DNA of 64,000 nt from an uncultured Spirochaetota bacterium (GTDB lineage: Bacteria > Spirochaetota > Spirochaetia > SZUA-6 > Fen-1364): the NCBI GenBank assembly GCA_963820525.1, contig CAWGAA010000002.1:320001-384000 (forward strand), in the 5' to 3' direction. Both the position numbers and the translations under genes were made by a program. Positions 9,758-18,916 of the stretch are shown here, one piece after another. The notes under the pieces were generated by a model. That model did not search any database and was not told the DNA's origin. It saw only the letters and a program-made list of their open reading frames with translations. Position 1 is the stretch's first letter. Each line of letters starts with the position of its first letter.

Positions 9758-11270
9758 TTTCCCTCTCCCCTGTCATAAAGAGACCGACCTCTTCTTTCAC
9801 GGCGTCGTCGTGGGCGAACTCCTTGATGATCCTGCCCTTGAAAATCACGCCGATCCTGTCGGAGAGCGAGAGAAGCTCATCGAGGTCCGCGGAAACAAGG
9901 AGCACCGCCTTGCCTTCGGCGCGGGCCTGGAGGAGCTGCCGGTGGATGAACTCGGTTGCCCCGATGTCCACGCCGCGGGTGGGCTGGGAGGCCACCAGGA
10001 GCCGGGGGCCGGCGCTGATCTCGCGGGCCACGACCGCTTTCTGCTGGTTTCCCCCCGAGAGGGCATTGGCCGGGGTTTCTTCGCTGGGAGTCCTGATGTC
10101 GAACCTCTCGATGATCCGGCGGCCGGCCTCGCGGATTGCGCGCATGTTGACGGTCTTGAATCGCGTGATGAACTGGGCGCGATGCATCTGCCCCAAAACC
10201 AGGTTCAAGGCCACTGAGAAGGGGAGAAGAAGTCCGTACTTCTGCCTGTCCTCCGGGATATGGGTGATGCCGCGGTCCCTCCGCTTCCTCACGCTCCATC
10301 GACGGATGCTCTCGCCGTCCAGGAGGATGTCCCCCGATTCGACCTCCAGGCCTTCTGCCACCGCCCGCACGAGCTCGCTCTGGCCGTTCCCCTCCACTCC
10401 GGCGATCCCGTAGATTTCTCCGGCGCAAACGCGAAAAGAAGCCCCATTGAGCGCGTTGTAGCCGCGGGGGCTCCTGATGACCAGGTCCTTGACCTCGAGG
10501 ACCGTCTTTCCCGGCGCCTGGGGGGCGCGATCCACCTCCAGGAGCACGGGCTTTCCAACCATCAGCTCAGCCAGGCGGGGCTTGGTGGCCTCCACCCGCG
10601 CCATGCTCTGGACGATGGCGCCGTGACGGATCACCGTGATCCTGTCCGCGATCTCCAGCACCTCGTCCAGCTTGTGGCTGATGAAGATGATCCCCTTTCC
10701 CTGCCTCTTCATCTCGCGGAAGGTCTTGAAAAGCTCCGATACCTCCTGGGGGGTGAGCACGGCGGTCGGCTCGTCGAACACGAGGATGGTGGCCCCGCGG
10801 AAAAGGATCTTGACGATCTCCACCCTCTGCTGGATCCCGACGGAGAGCTCCTCGACCTTTGTATCGAGATCTATGGAGATCCTGTTCTCCTCCATGATGG
10901 CCGAGATTTTTCTCCGCTGGCTCTGCGTGGACAGGATCCCGCCCCGATGCTCCTCTTCTCCGAGGATGATGTTTTCCAATACACTGAAGGGGGGAAAAAG
11001 CATGAAGTGCTGATGAACCATGCCGATCCCGTGATGGATGGCGTCCCGGGGGCCGCGGATGGAGATCCGCCCGCCCCGCACCGAGATGATCCCCGCGTCC
11101 GGCTTGTACAGGCCGTAGAGGATCTTCATCAGGGTGGTCTTTCCGGCCCCGTTCTCCCCGACCAGGGCATGAACCTCACCGGAGCTGAGGGTGAGGGAGA
11201 CGTGGTCGTTGGCCACCACCCCGGGGAAATGCTTGGTGATATCCTTCATTTCCAGGAGGAGCTCGGACAT
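9744..11270 (-). CDS. ABC ATP-binding protein with two NBDs (nucleoside/sugar type)
   Basis: [20 protein letters not shown] and QPTRGVD; start moved to ATG 11270 (MSELLLEM) after AAGGAG SD. Confidence 0.92.
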   Translation of the reverse strand: MSELLLEMKDITKHFPGVVANDHVSLTLSSGEVHALVGENGAGKTTLMKILYGLYKPDAGIISVRGGRISIRGPRDAIHHGIGMVHQHFMLFPPFSVLENIILGEEEHRGGILSTQSQRRKISAIMEENRISIDLDTKVEELSVGIQQRVEIVKILFRGATILVFDEPTAVLTPQEVSELFKTFREMKRQGKGIIFISHKLDEVLEIADRITVIRHGAIVQSMARVEATKPRLAELMVGKPVLLEVDRAPQAPGKTVLEVKDLVIRSPRGYNALNGASFRVCAGEIYGIAGVEGNGQSELVRAVAEGLEVESGDILLDGESIRRWSVRKRRDRGITHIPEDRQKYGLLLPFSVALNLVLGQMHRAQFITRFKTVNMRAIREAGRRIIERFDIRTPSEETPANALSGGNQQKAVVAREISAGPRLLVASQPTRGVDIGATEFIHRQLLQARAEGKAVLLVSADLDELLSLSDRIGVIFKGRIIKEFAHDDAVKEEVGLFMTGERENATA

Positions 11271-11286
11271 TATGGGCTCCTTTATG

Positions 11287-11316
11287 AAAAAAGGGCGGGA
11301 GCTGAGGCTCCCGCCC
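11287..11316 (-). terminator. Intra-operon hairpin with U-tract after the binding-protein gene
   Basis: Minus strand GGGCGGGAGC-CTCA-GCTCCCGCCC-TTTTTT. Confidence 0.8.
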
Positions 11317-11332
11317 TCGGTCTGCAAAGGCT

Positions 11333-12445
11333 CTATTTCAGTGTCTTCACCCACGCGGCCATGTCAGTGTTCTCATCGGGGACCGTGATCTTTCCCGCGA
11401 TGATCTGGGCCTTCAGGGCGTCCACCCGGGCCTTCACGTCGGCAAGAGCCGCCTTGTTGAACGAGTTCTCCGCGTAGCCTACCCCGTCCTCCTTGAGCCC
11501 GAAGACGCGGTAGCCGCCGGCGGTGCTCCCGTTGTCGATGAAGTCCTTGCCGCTGAGGAATACCGAGGTATCGACCCTCTTGATCATCGAGGTGAGGATC
11601 CACTTGGCGGCCGCCTTGGTTGCGGCGTCCTTCGAGGTGGCGTAGATGACGCCCTGGTCGGAGTCGACGCCGATGGAAAGCTTCTTGGCTTCCGATGCGG
11701 CCTTGAACAGCCCGTCTCCCGAGCCGCCCGCCGCGTGGAACACGACGGATGCGCCCTGCCTGTAGAAGTTGGAGGCGATGTCGTATCCGCCCTTCGGGTC
11801 GTTGAACGCGGTGGGATCCTTGCCGATGTACTGGGACAGGATCATGCCCGCCTTGCGGTAGGCGGGAGCAACGTACATGGCGCCGGCCTGATAGCCGTTG
11901 TCGAAGCGGTGGATCAGGGGGATATCCATTCCGCCGAGGAACCCGATCTTGACGTTCTTTGCCTTGTAGGCGGCGATGGCCCCGACGAGGAAGGAACCCT
12001 CGTTCTCCTTGAAGCTGAGGCAGGTGATGTTGCTCGAATCCGTGAGGTCGGGGATGTACCCGTCAATCAGGGCGAAGTGCGTATCGGGGAACTCCTTGGC
12101 CACCTTGGTCAGGGCATCCGTGAAAAGGAAGCCGACGCCGTAGATGAGCTGATACCCGTCCTCGGCCAGGGCTCTCATGAGGATCTCCCTGTCCTGGCCG
12201 CCCGCCTTGGGCTCCATGTACTTGATCTGGGTGTCCGTGCCGAAGCTCACCTTGTCGGGATCTCCATCGATCCAGCCGTTGTACGCTTTGGCCAGCTGGA
12301 CAAGGCCGCGGTAAGCGGAATCGTTGAAGGAGTTATCGCCCCTTCCTGCGAGGTCGAACACAAGGCCGATCTTCACCTTGGGATCCGCGCCGACCACGAG
12401 CACGGCGATGAGAAGCAATACCATCAGAATTACCAGTCTCTTCAT
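11333..12445 (-). CDS. BMP-family ABC substrate-binding protein (PnrA/TmpC-like)
   Basis: GRGDNSFN, FKENEGSFLVG, AAGGSG and IGVDSDQ motifs; signal peptide. Confidence 0.9.
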   Translation of the reverse strand: MKRLVILMVLLLIAVLVVGADPKVKIGLVFDLAGRGDNSFNDSAYRGLVQLAKAYNGWIDGDPDKVSFGTDTQIKYMEPKAGGQDREILMRALAEDGYQLIYGVGFLFTDALTKVAKEFPDTHFALIDGYIPDLTDSSNITCLSFKENEGSFLVGAIAAYKAKNVKIGFLGGMDIPLIHRFDNGYQAGAMYVAPAYRKAGMILSQYIGKDPTAFNDPKGGYDIASNFYRQGASVVFHAAGGSGDGLFKAASEAKKLSIGVDSDQGVIYATSKDAATKAAAKWILTSMIKRVDTSVFLSGKDFIDNGSTAGGYRVFGLKEDGVGYAENSFNKAALADVKARVDALKAQIIAGKITVPDENTDMAAWVKTLK

Positions 12446-12480
12446 GGGTTCCTCCTCTTCTTTCAGATTTTTTCTCGTTT

Positions 12481-12509
12481 ACTCTAAAGCCTGGGAAATG
12501 AGAAGTCAA
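12481..12509 (-). promoter_or_regulatory. sigma70 promoter for the BMP ABC operon
   Basis: TTGACT-17 nt-TAGAGT on the minus strand. Confidence 0.65.
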
Positions 12510-12582
12510 GCTTAAATGCCGCAAACCGTCGATTTGCGCCTCTTCATTAACATTCAGGCGCTACATGAATATGCAAATCCGA

Positions 12583-14625
12583 TCAGCCGCGGAGCAGAGC
12601 GAGGAACTCCTTTTCAGAGACGATCCGAACGCCGAGGGACCGCGCTTTCTCCAGCTTGCTTCCTGGGTTTTCCCCGGCAAGCAGGTGGGTGGTCTTGGAG
12701 GTGACGCTCGAGCCCGCCCGCCCGCCGCGCTTCTCCACCTCTTCCATGGCGAGCTCGCGGGGCTTGAACGTCTCGAAGCTGCCCGTCACGCACCAGGTCT
12801 GGCCCTCGAAGGTCCTGGGCAGCCCGCTCCGCAGGCGATCCCCCTCGCGGAAGTTGAGACCGGCCTTGCGAAGCCTTTCGATACGCCTGCGGATCTTCCG
12901 GCGGCGGAGCTCCGTGATGAGGATCTCCGCGGTCCGTTCTCCTATCCCGTGGATCTCCAGAAGCGGGGCCGGATCACCCGATTCGGCCAGGGAGAGGATC
13001 GAGTCGATGTCCCGGAAGCCCGCGCCGATCAGAAGCTCGGTCACCTTCTGTCCCACCTCGGGTATTCCCAGTGAGGGGAAGACGACCCGGAAGGGTTTCG
13101 CCTTGCTCTTCTCTATTCCCGCGCGGATCAGGGCGACCTTCTTTTCTCCGAAGCCGGGGACATCGAGGAGCCTGGCCGGATCGAAGGAGTAGATGTCATC
13201 GATGTCGCGCACGAGTCCCCTCTGGATGAGGACCTCAATGGTCTCGGGGCCGAGCCCTTCGATGTCCATCTGGCCCCTGTTCACGAAGAAGGCGAGCCTT
13301 CCCCGCACCTGGTCGGGGCAGGATGGATTTGGGCAGAAGTGGTGGGCGCCGAGCTTTTCAAGCGGCGTGGAGCAGGTCGGGCAGCGGGGCGGAAGCCTCC
13401 ACGTCGTGTTTCCTTCCTCGTTTTTCTCGATCACCCGCTCCACCGCCGGAATGACGTCGCCCCTCTTGGATACGGCGACGCGGTCCCCGACAGCGAGCTC
13501 CAGCATGTCGATGTACTCCTGGTTGTGGAGCGTGACGTTCTGGATGGTGGAGCCGGAAATGCGCACCGGCTCCACGCGCGCAACCGGGGTGATCCTTCCC
13601 GTGCGCCCGACCTGGGCCCCGATCGCCTTCACCGTGGTGACGCCTTCGGGGGACTCGAACTTGAAGGCGACGGCCCATCGGGGGTGATGACCGGTATACC
13701 CGAGCTTCTCGCGGACGGGTATCTCGTTCACCTTGATGACCAGGCCGTCGATATCGTAGTCCAGGCCCAGCCGCCGCTTTCGCTCCTCCTCGATGAAGCC
13801 GCCGATCTCCTCGATGCCCCCCACTCTCCAGCGGGGATGCTTCTCCCTCACTTCATCCCTCTGCCTGCCGTCCGAGAAGAAGCCGATGGTCGGATTGAGG
13901 CGGAAGCCGAGGCCCTCCAGCGCCTCGAGAATCTCGACGTGCGTGGCGAACGGCTCGGCAAAGAACCCTTCGTAGACGAAGATATCAAGCGGAACCCCGG
14001 CAACTTCCTTGCTCTTAACGCGCCTCAGGGTGCCCGAGGCGAGGTTCCGCGGGTTGGCATAGGGTTCTTCCATGCGTGCGTTGATCGAGGCGAAGAGGCT
14101 CCTGGCCAGGAAGATCTCGCCGCGGGCGGCGACGGTCCGCGGCGCCGACAGGCGGAGCGGAACGGCGCCGATCGTCTTGACGTTGCCCGTGACGTCGTTT
14201 CCCACAACGCCGTTTCCGCGCGTGACGGCGCGCGCAAGGAGCCCGTTTTGATAGTAGAGAACGATGGACGACCCGTCGATCTTCTCTTCGCAGACGAAAG
14301 ACAGCTCCCGGCCCGCATTGCGCCGGGTCTTCTCGATCCATGAGGAGAGGTCCTCGGCCGTGTAGGACTTGTCGAGGCTCAGCACCGGGATCGTGTGCTC
14401 GACCTCGGGCAGCTCCTGCGTGAGATCGGACCCGACGCGCTGCGTGGGGGAGTCGGGCGCTGCAAGCTCGGGGAAGCGCTTCTCGATGTCGATGAGCTCG
14501 TCGAACAGCCCGTCGTATTCCTGGTCCGATACCAGGGGTTTCGATTCGATGAAGTAGGCGTGCTGCAGCTCCCGGAGCTTCCGGGACAGCTCGCTGGTCC
14601 TCGTCTCCGCCTCTTTTTTCGTCAT
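12583..14625 (-). CDS. ligA: NAD-dependent DNA ligase
   Basis: EEKIDG adenylation motif, TRGNG, NPRN, QVGRTG, Zn finger CPTC..CPNPSC, HhH repeats, C-terminal BRCT. Confidence 0.97.
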   Translation of the reverse strand: MTKKEAETRTSELSRKLRELQHAYFIESKPLVSDQEYDGLFDELIDIEKRFPELAAPDSPTQRVGSDLTQELPEVEHTIPVLSLDKSYTAEDLSSWIEKTRRNAGRELSFVCEEKIDGSSIVLYYQNGLLARAVTRGNGVVGNDVTGNVKTIGAVPLRLSAPRTVAARGEIFLARSLFASINARMEEPYANPRNLASGTLRRVKSKEVAGVPLDIFVYEGFFAEPFATHVEILEALEGLGFRLNPTIGFFSDGRQRDEVREKHPRWRVGGIEEIGGFIEEERKRRLGLDYDIDGLVIKVNEIPVREKLGYTGHHPRWAVAFKFESPEGVTTVKAIGAQVGRTGRITPVARVEPVRISGSTIQNVTLHNQEYIDMLELAVGDRVAVSKRGDVIPAVERVIEKNEEGNTTWRLPPRCPTCSTPLEKLGAHHFCPNPSCPDQVRGRLAFFVNRGQMDIEGLGPETIEVLIQRGLVRDIDDIYSFDPARLLDVPGFGEKKVALIRAGIEKSKAKPFRVVFPSLGIPEVGQKVTELLIGAGFRDIDSILSLAESGDPAPLLEIHGIGERTAEILITELRRRKIRRRIERLRKAGLNFREGDRLRSGLPRTFEGQTWCVTGSFETFKPRELAMEEVEKRGGRAGSSVTSKTTHLLAGENPGSKLEKARSLGVRIVSEKEFLALLRG

Positions 14626-14685
14626 ACCGTCCAGCTCAATGTGCAGTGAAAACTCTCGAGATGCAAGGACGGGGAGGCCGCGGGC

Positions 14686-16113
14686 CTATTCTGTTCTTAT
14701 GAAAGCGTCCGGAAACCCGCGGTCCTTGAACCAGTAGAGGAGGGTGCCGCTCTCCGCCCTGTTCAGGGGGCCGAGCATGATGCGGAAGATCTGTCTCCCT
14801 GTCGGCCCGGGCCCGAGCACGCTCACGGGGTAGGACGGCGGGAGGGTGGAGGCGAGATCCCGCGCCTGCTTCTCGTTTACGTACGCGCCGAGCTGGAGGA
14901 AGTAGATCGTCTTGGACGCGCCGGGGGGCGCGGCCGGCTTTGCCTGAGCGGGGGGCTTGGCCTGCGGTCTCTCTTCGGGAGGTTTCTGGGCCACCTGCGC
15001 CCCGGCCTCGGGTGGCTTGGGAGACGTCGGCTCGAGGGTGATGACGGTCTCGGTGCCGGATGCCGGCGGGGTGGGCGCAGGATTGCTGATCTCCGGCGGG
15101 ATCGCCGCCTCTTCGGCACCGGTTTCGGGGGCAGGCTGCTCCGGCTCGGGGGGAGCGCCCAGCGGGGCCTCTTGCGGGGGAACGGCGTTCGCGGCGAAGC
15201 GCTCATCCACCTGCGGGTTCAACTCTATGGGCGGGCCGGCTTCGGCGAGCTCCACCGGCGGGTTCTGCCCTGCGGGAGGGACATGCTGCCCGTTCACGGT
15301 GGCGATCTCGGGGACGGCCGGGGGCTGTTGCGCCTGGGGCTGTTGGGCTACGGTGGCTCCCGTCGGCGGCACCGCCGGCGCCTGATAGACGAACTTCTCG
15401 TCTTCACGCGGAGGGAGGAAAAGCTGTTTCTGAGGCGTTCGGGAGGCAAGCTTCTTTAAAAGCTCCTCGTCGGCTTGCGGCTGTTTCTCCTGAGCCGCCT
15501 GGGCCTGCGCCGTTGCGCTTCCGGCTGGAGGAGGGGTCGCTTCCGGCTCCCGGATGACTGGTTCCTGCGCCGGGGGAGGCAGCTCCGCCGTTCGCGTGCC
15601 TCTCTTTTCCTTTGCCGCCTGGAGGCTCTCCAGGACTCCCTTGGGAGTTTCGGGCCTGCTCAACGCTTCGGACGGCTCCATCGCCTCCCTCGGCGGGGGT
15701 GGAGCATTGGAAAGAGCGGCTGCGGGGTTGCGATCTGAATCCGTGCTCAATGGGCGCTCGTTCGGCCGGGCTTCGGCTACCGCGGGCGGGGGGGTCTTGA
15801 TTGTGACGCGTACGGGGGCCACATCCCCCTGGGAGATCCCCAGCGCGGCCGCCGCCTTGGGAGAGAGAAGAACCAGGAGATCCGATTGGCCGTTGACCCG
15901 CTGGCTGACGACGACCTTCGTCGTTCTTCCCGTTTCCAGGTTTTCCACGACGATCTCGGTGCCGGCGGGAAATGAATTTGACGCCGCGAAAAAACCGCTC
16001 TCGAAGGAGGCATCCCCCCTTTGCAGCGCGGCACCTCCATCCCAGAAGCTTTCCGCGGATGCGAAAAAGGCTGTCAGGAGCAACGCGACGACGGCAGCGA
16101 TCTTCGTAGCCAT
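14686..16113 (-). CDS. Secreted SPOR-domain protein with an RlpA-like N-domain and a long Pro/Ala/Glu/Gln linker
   Basis: Signal peptide; AASNSFPAGTEIVVENLETGRT resembles the RlpA DPBB; C-terminal YFLQLGAY..FRIMLGP..FPDAFI is a SPOR domain. Confidence 0.8.
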   Translation of the reverse strand: MATKIAAVVALLLTAFFASAESFWDGGAALQRGDASFESGFFAASNSFPAGTEIVVENLETGRTTKVVVSQRVNGQSDLLVLLSPKAAAALGISQGDVAPVRVTIKTPPPAVAEARPNERPLSTDSDRNPAAALSNAPPPPREAMEPSEALSRPETPKGVLESLQAAKEKRGTRTAELPPPAQEPVIREPEATPPPAGSATAQAQAAQEKQPQADEELLKKLASRTPQKQLFLPPREDEKFVYQAPAVPPTGATVAQQPQAQQPPAVPEIATVNGQHVPPAGQNPPVELAEAGPPIELNPQVDERFAANAVPPQEAPLGAPPEPEQPAPETGAEEAAIPPEISNPAPTPPASGTETVITLEPTSPKPPEAGAQVAQKPPEERPQAKPPAQAKPAAPPGASKTIYFLQLGAYVNEKQARDLASTLPPSYPVSVLGPGPTGRQIFRIMLGPLNRAESGTLLYWFKDRGFPDAFIRTE

Positions 16114-16171
16114 TCGATGAGTCTCCTTATACTACTATCGGATGGAAACGTGCCATCTCGCAGCACATTTT

Positions 16172-16681
16172 TCAGCCCGTGGAGGGGCGGGAAACCATCA
16201 ACTTCACGGTCTCTTTCGCGATCTTTTCTCCCAACTCGAAGCCGAGTTTCGCCAGATCCATGTCCTTTTCCCTGCCCCGGTTGTCGTCGGTGAGGGTCCC
16301 GGCGCCGAGGGTCGCGCCCCTTTCCACTGCGATGAGAGAGAAGCGCGCCGAGGCCGTGATCCCCGTCAACCCGCCGGCCAGGGGCGTGCGCTGGAAGGTA
16401 ACGGCGGCCACCAGAACGTACTTCGCTCCGCCGGAGCCCGCGATCCTGACCAGCTCCTTGGAGGAGAGGGGAGCTGACCCGTCCTCCGTGTTGAACACGA
16501 TGTTGCCCGATTCGAACAAACCGTCGAAGATGCCTTCCGTGGCCGGCGGGGGAAGGGGGCTCGGCTGTCCATCCACGGTCTCCGTGACGGCGATGAGCAG
16601 GGTTTCCGAATGAAGCTGCGCGCCCGAAAGGAGGAGCGCGATGGCGAGGGCAGGCAGGAGCAGTGTGTGCGATTTGTTCAC
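16172..16681 (-). CDS. Secreted hypothetical protein
   Basis: GTG at 16681 gives a clean signal peptide (MNKSHTLLLPALAIALLLSGAQLHS); the longer ORF-track start overlaps loaP and is unlikely. Confidence 0.7.
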   Translation of the reverse strand: MNKSHTLLLPALAIALLLSGAQLHSETLLIAVTETVDGQPSPLPPPATEGIFDGLFESGNIVFNTEDGSAPLSSKELVRIAGSGGAKYVLVAAVTFQRTPLAGGLTGITASARFSLIAVERGATLGAGTLTDDNRGREKDMDLAKLGFELGEKIAKETVKLMVSRPSTG

Positions 16682-16738
16682 ACTACCAATATCGGCCGAA
16701 GTCGCTCCGCGGAGAAGCCGGCGAAACCCGCTCGGGAC

Positions 16739-16767
16739 TTGATGAAGGTCCGAGGGGATGGTACCCT
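16739..16767 (+). promoter_or_regulatory. sigma70 promoter for loaP
   Basis: TTGATG-17 nt-TACCCT with TG upstream of the -10. Confidence 0.55.
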
Positions 16768-16826
16768 TCCACGGCAAAGCTATGAGAGACCTCGAAGAAT
16801 CCCGCTCGAAGGACGCCGGTCGATAG

Positions 16827-17369
16827 ATGTCCTTTTTCGCCGCGCAGATCTGGACCGGAAGCGAAGAGAAGTTCCTCACCATCGCGCGAAAGGCGGGGCT
16901 TCCCGCGGAGATCCACCTGATCTGGCCTCGGCGGAACCTTCGAATCCGCCGCGGGGGCATCTGGAAGGACTCGCTGGCCCCCATTTTTCCCAGCTACGTC
17001 TTCATCAGGGCGGACGCCGTCGAGCCGGCTCTCTTCACGACGCTGCGAAGGGTCCCCGGGTTCATCCGCTTCCTCCTCTCCAACGAGAACATCGTGCCCA
17101 TGGAAAAGAAAGACCAGGAGCTGCTCACCCATTTCCTTTCCTTCGGCGAGGTGGTGGATAAATCCATGGTCGTCTTCGACGAGGAAAGCAGGATCCGGGT
17201 GCTTGCCGGCCCGCTCAAGGGCCTCGAGGGAAGGATAGTCAAGGTGGATCGGCGCAAGGGCAGGGCGAAGGTGAAGCTGGAGATGTACGAGAACTCTTTC
17301 AACGTGGACTTCGGCTTCGAAGTACTAGAGAAGATGCCGAACAAGCCCCGCTCCTCGGAAAAAGCTTAA
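16827..17369 (+). CDS. loaP: NusG-paralog transcription antiterminator, LoaP type
   Basis: NGN domain (PIFPSYVFI) and KOW domain (GPLKGLEG) with basic KVDRRKGRAKV loop; housekeeping nusG is a separate gene at 53078. Confidence 0.8.
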   Translation: MSFFAAQIWTGSEEKFLTIARKAGLPAEIHLIWPRRNLRIRRGGIWKDSLAPIFPSYVFIRADAVEPALFTTLRRVPGFIRFLLSNENIVPMEKKDQELLTHFLSFGEVVDKSMVVFDEESRIRVLAGPLKGLEGRIVKVDRRKGRAKVKLEMYENSFNVDFGFEVLEKMPNKPRSSEKA

Positions 17370-17434
17370 GGCCTTACCCCGCGCCGCGGGCGGGCTGCTT
17401 TAAGTCCCTCGCGGAGCTTCCGACACTGTAGAAG

Positions 17435-18913
17435 ATGGCGAGCGCGACGCGAAAGAGCATCTATATCATCGGGGCGGGTTTCACGGGCGTGACCCTCGCG
17501 GCGGAGATACGATCGAAGAAGATCTTCGGCCGCGTGGTGGCTTTTCTGGACGACGACCCGGGGAAGATCGGCACGCGCATCGACGCGGTCCCCGTGCTGG
17601 GCCCCATAGATGCCGTCATCGAGATACTCAAGACGACGCCCGCCGACGAGGCGATCGTGGCGATCCCCAGCGCCACGCGGACGCAGATCTCCAGGATCTA
17701 TGCCGTCCTCAGGCGCGCCAAATTCGCCAGGATCCGCATCGTCCCCCAGGTGTCCCAGATCGTCGACGGCGAAGTCCACCTCATCCAGGCCCGCGAGATC
17801 CATCCCGAGGACCTGCTCTCGCGGGACCCCGTCACGGTGAACCTCAGGAAGAGCCTGGCCTACCTGCGGGGCAAGAGGGTGATGGTAACGGGGGCGGGGG
17901 GGAGCATCGGCTCGGAGCTCTGCCGCCAGCTCCTCGAAGGCGGCGTGGAGAGGATGTACCTCTTCGGCCATGGGGAGAACAGCATCTACGAGATCGACCG
18001 TGAGCTGCGCCTCCTTCAGGAGGAGGGTGTGGGGGAGAAGACCACCATCGTACCCATCCTGGGAGAGGTCCAGGACCGCGACTACATGCTCTCCATCCTG
18101 GCGCGGGCCAAGGTGTTCGCTCTCTTTCACACGGCGGCGCACAAGCATGTTCCCCTGCTGGAGGAAAACCCCATCGAGGCCGTGAAGAACAATGTATTCG
18201 GCACCCTCAACGCGGTCGAAGCCGCCCGGGAGAGCGGGGTGGGGCGCTTCGTGCTCGTCTCCACGGACAAGGCGGTCGAGCCGCACAGCGTGTACGGGGC
18301 ATCGAAGCTCCTCGCGGAAGAGATCGTGCTTCGCGAGGGCAAGAGCGGCCGTCACTTCCTCGTTGTCCGCTTCGGGAATGTCCTGGGCTCGCGGGGGAGC
18401 ATCCTTCCGCTGTTCCGCCGCCAGATCCTCAAGGGCGGTCCCGTGACGGTGACGCATCCCGAGGTGCGCCGATTTTTCATGACCATCCCCGAAGCCACTA
18501 CCCTCATCCTCCAGGCCGGCGGCGCCGGCTCGGGCGGAGAGGTGTATTCCCTGGACATGGGAGAGAGCGTCTCGATCCGGGAGCTCGCCGAGCAGATGAT
18601 CCGCTTCTACGGCTACGAGCCCGACGAGGACATCAAGATCGTCTATACGGGCCTGCGGCGGGGAGAAAAGCTGGTGGAGAAGCTGCACGCAGACTGCGAG
18701 GTGCCCGAGCCCACCGCCCATCCCAAGATCATCAAGCTCAAAAGGAAGACCCTCATCAACGGCAGGATCACGGCGGTGCTGGAGAGCCTGCGGCCGATCT
18801 GCTTCTTCGACCGGGAGAACAGCGCGGCCTTCAGGAACAAGCGGGAGCTTCGAAGCGTGCTCGAAAAGGTGATCCCCGGCATCGGGCCATCCATTGACGA
18901 GACCGAGTACTAG
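17435..18913 (+). CDS. CapD/PglF-like nucleoside-diphosphate sugar 4,6-dehydratase, lacking the N-terminal TM region
   Basis: TGAGGSIGSELCRQ, AAHKHVP, STDKAV, YGASK, VRFGNVLGSRGS and GEKL motifs. Confidence 0.92.
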   Translation: MASATRKSIYIIGAGFTGVTLAAEIRSKKIFGRVVAFLDDDPGKIGTRIDAVPVLGPIDAVIEILKTTPADEAIVAIPSATRTQISRIYAVLRRAKFARIRIVPQVSQIVDGEVHLIQAREIHPEDLLSRDPVTVNLRKSLAYLRGKRVMVTGAGGSIGSELCRQLLEGGVERMYLFGHGENSIYEIDRELRLLQEEGVGEKTTIVPILGEVQDRDYMLSILARAKVFALFHTAAHKHVPLLEENPIEAVKNNVFGTLNAVEAARESGVGRFVLVSTDKAVEPHSVYGASKLLAEEIVLREGKSGRHFLVVRFGNVLGSRGSILPLFRRQILKGGPVTVTHPEVRRFFMTIPEATTLILQAGGAGSGGEVYSLDMGESVSIRELAEQMIRFYGYEPDEDIKIVYTGLRRGEKLVEKLHADCEVPEPTAHPKIIKLKRKTLINGRITAVLESLRPICFFDRENSAAFRNKRELRSVLEKVIPGIGPSIDETEY

Positions 18914-18916
18914 GCC

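Noticed and set aside
12521..12537. GCAAACCGTCGATTTGC as a PurR/LacI operator for the BMP operon
   Set aside because: The central spacing does not fit the CG-centred LacI palindrome, and there is no second copy or adjacent regulator.
14930..15800. Low-complexity region as a repeat array or CRISPR
   Set aside because: It encodes a Pro-rich linker; no fixed-length direct repeats with spacers were seen here or elsewhere in the window, and no cas genes.
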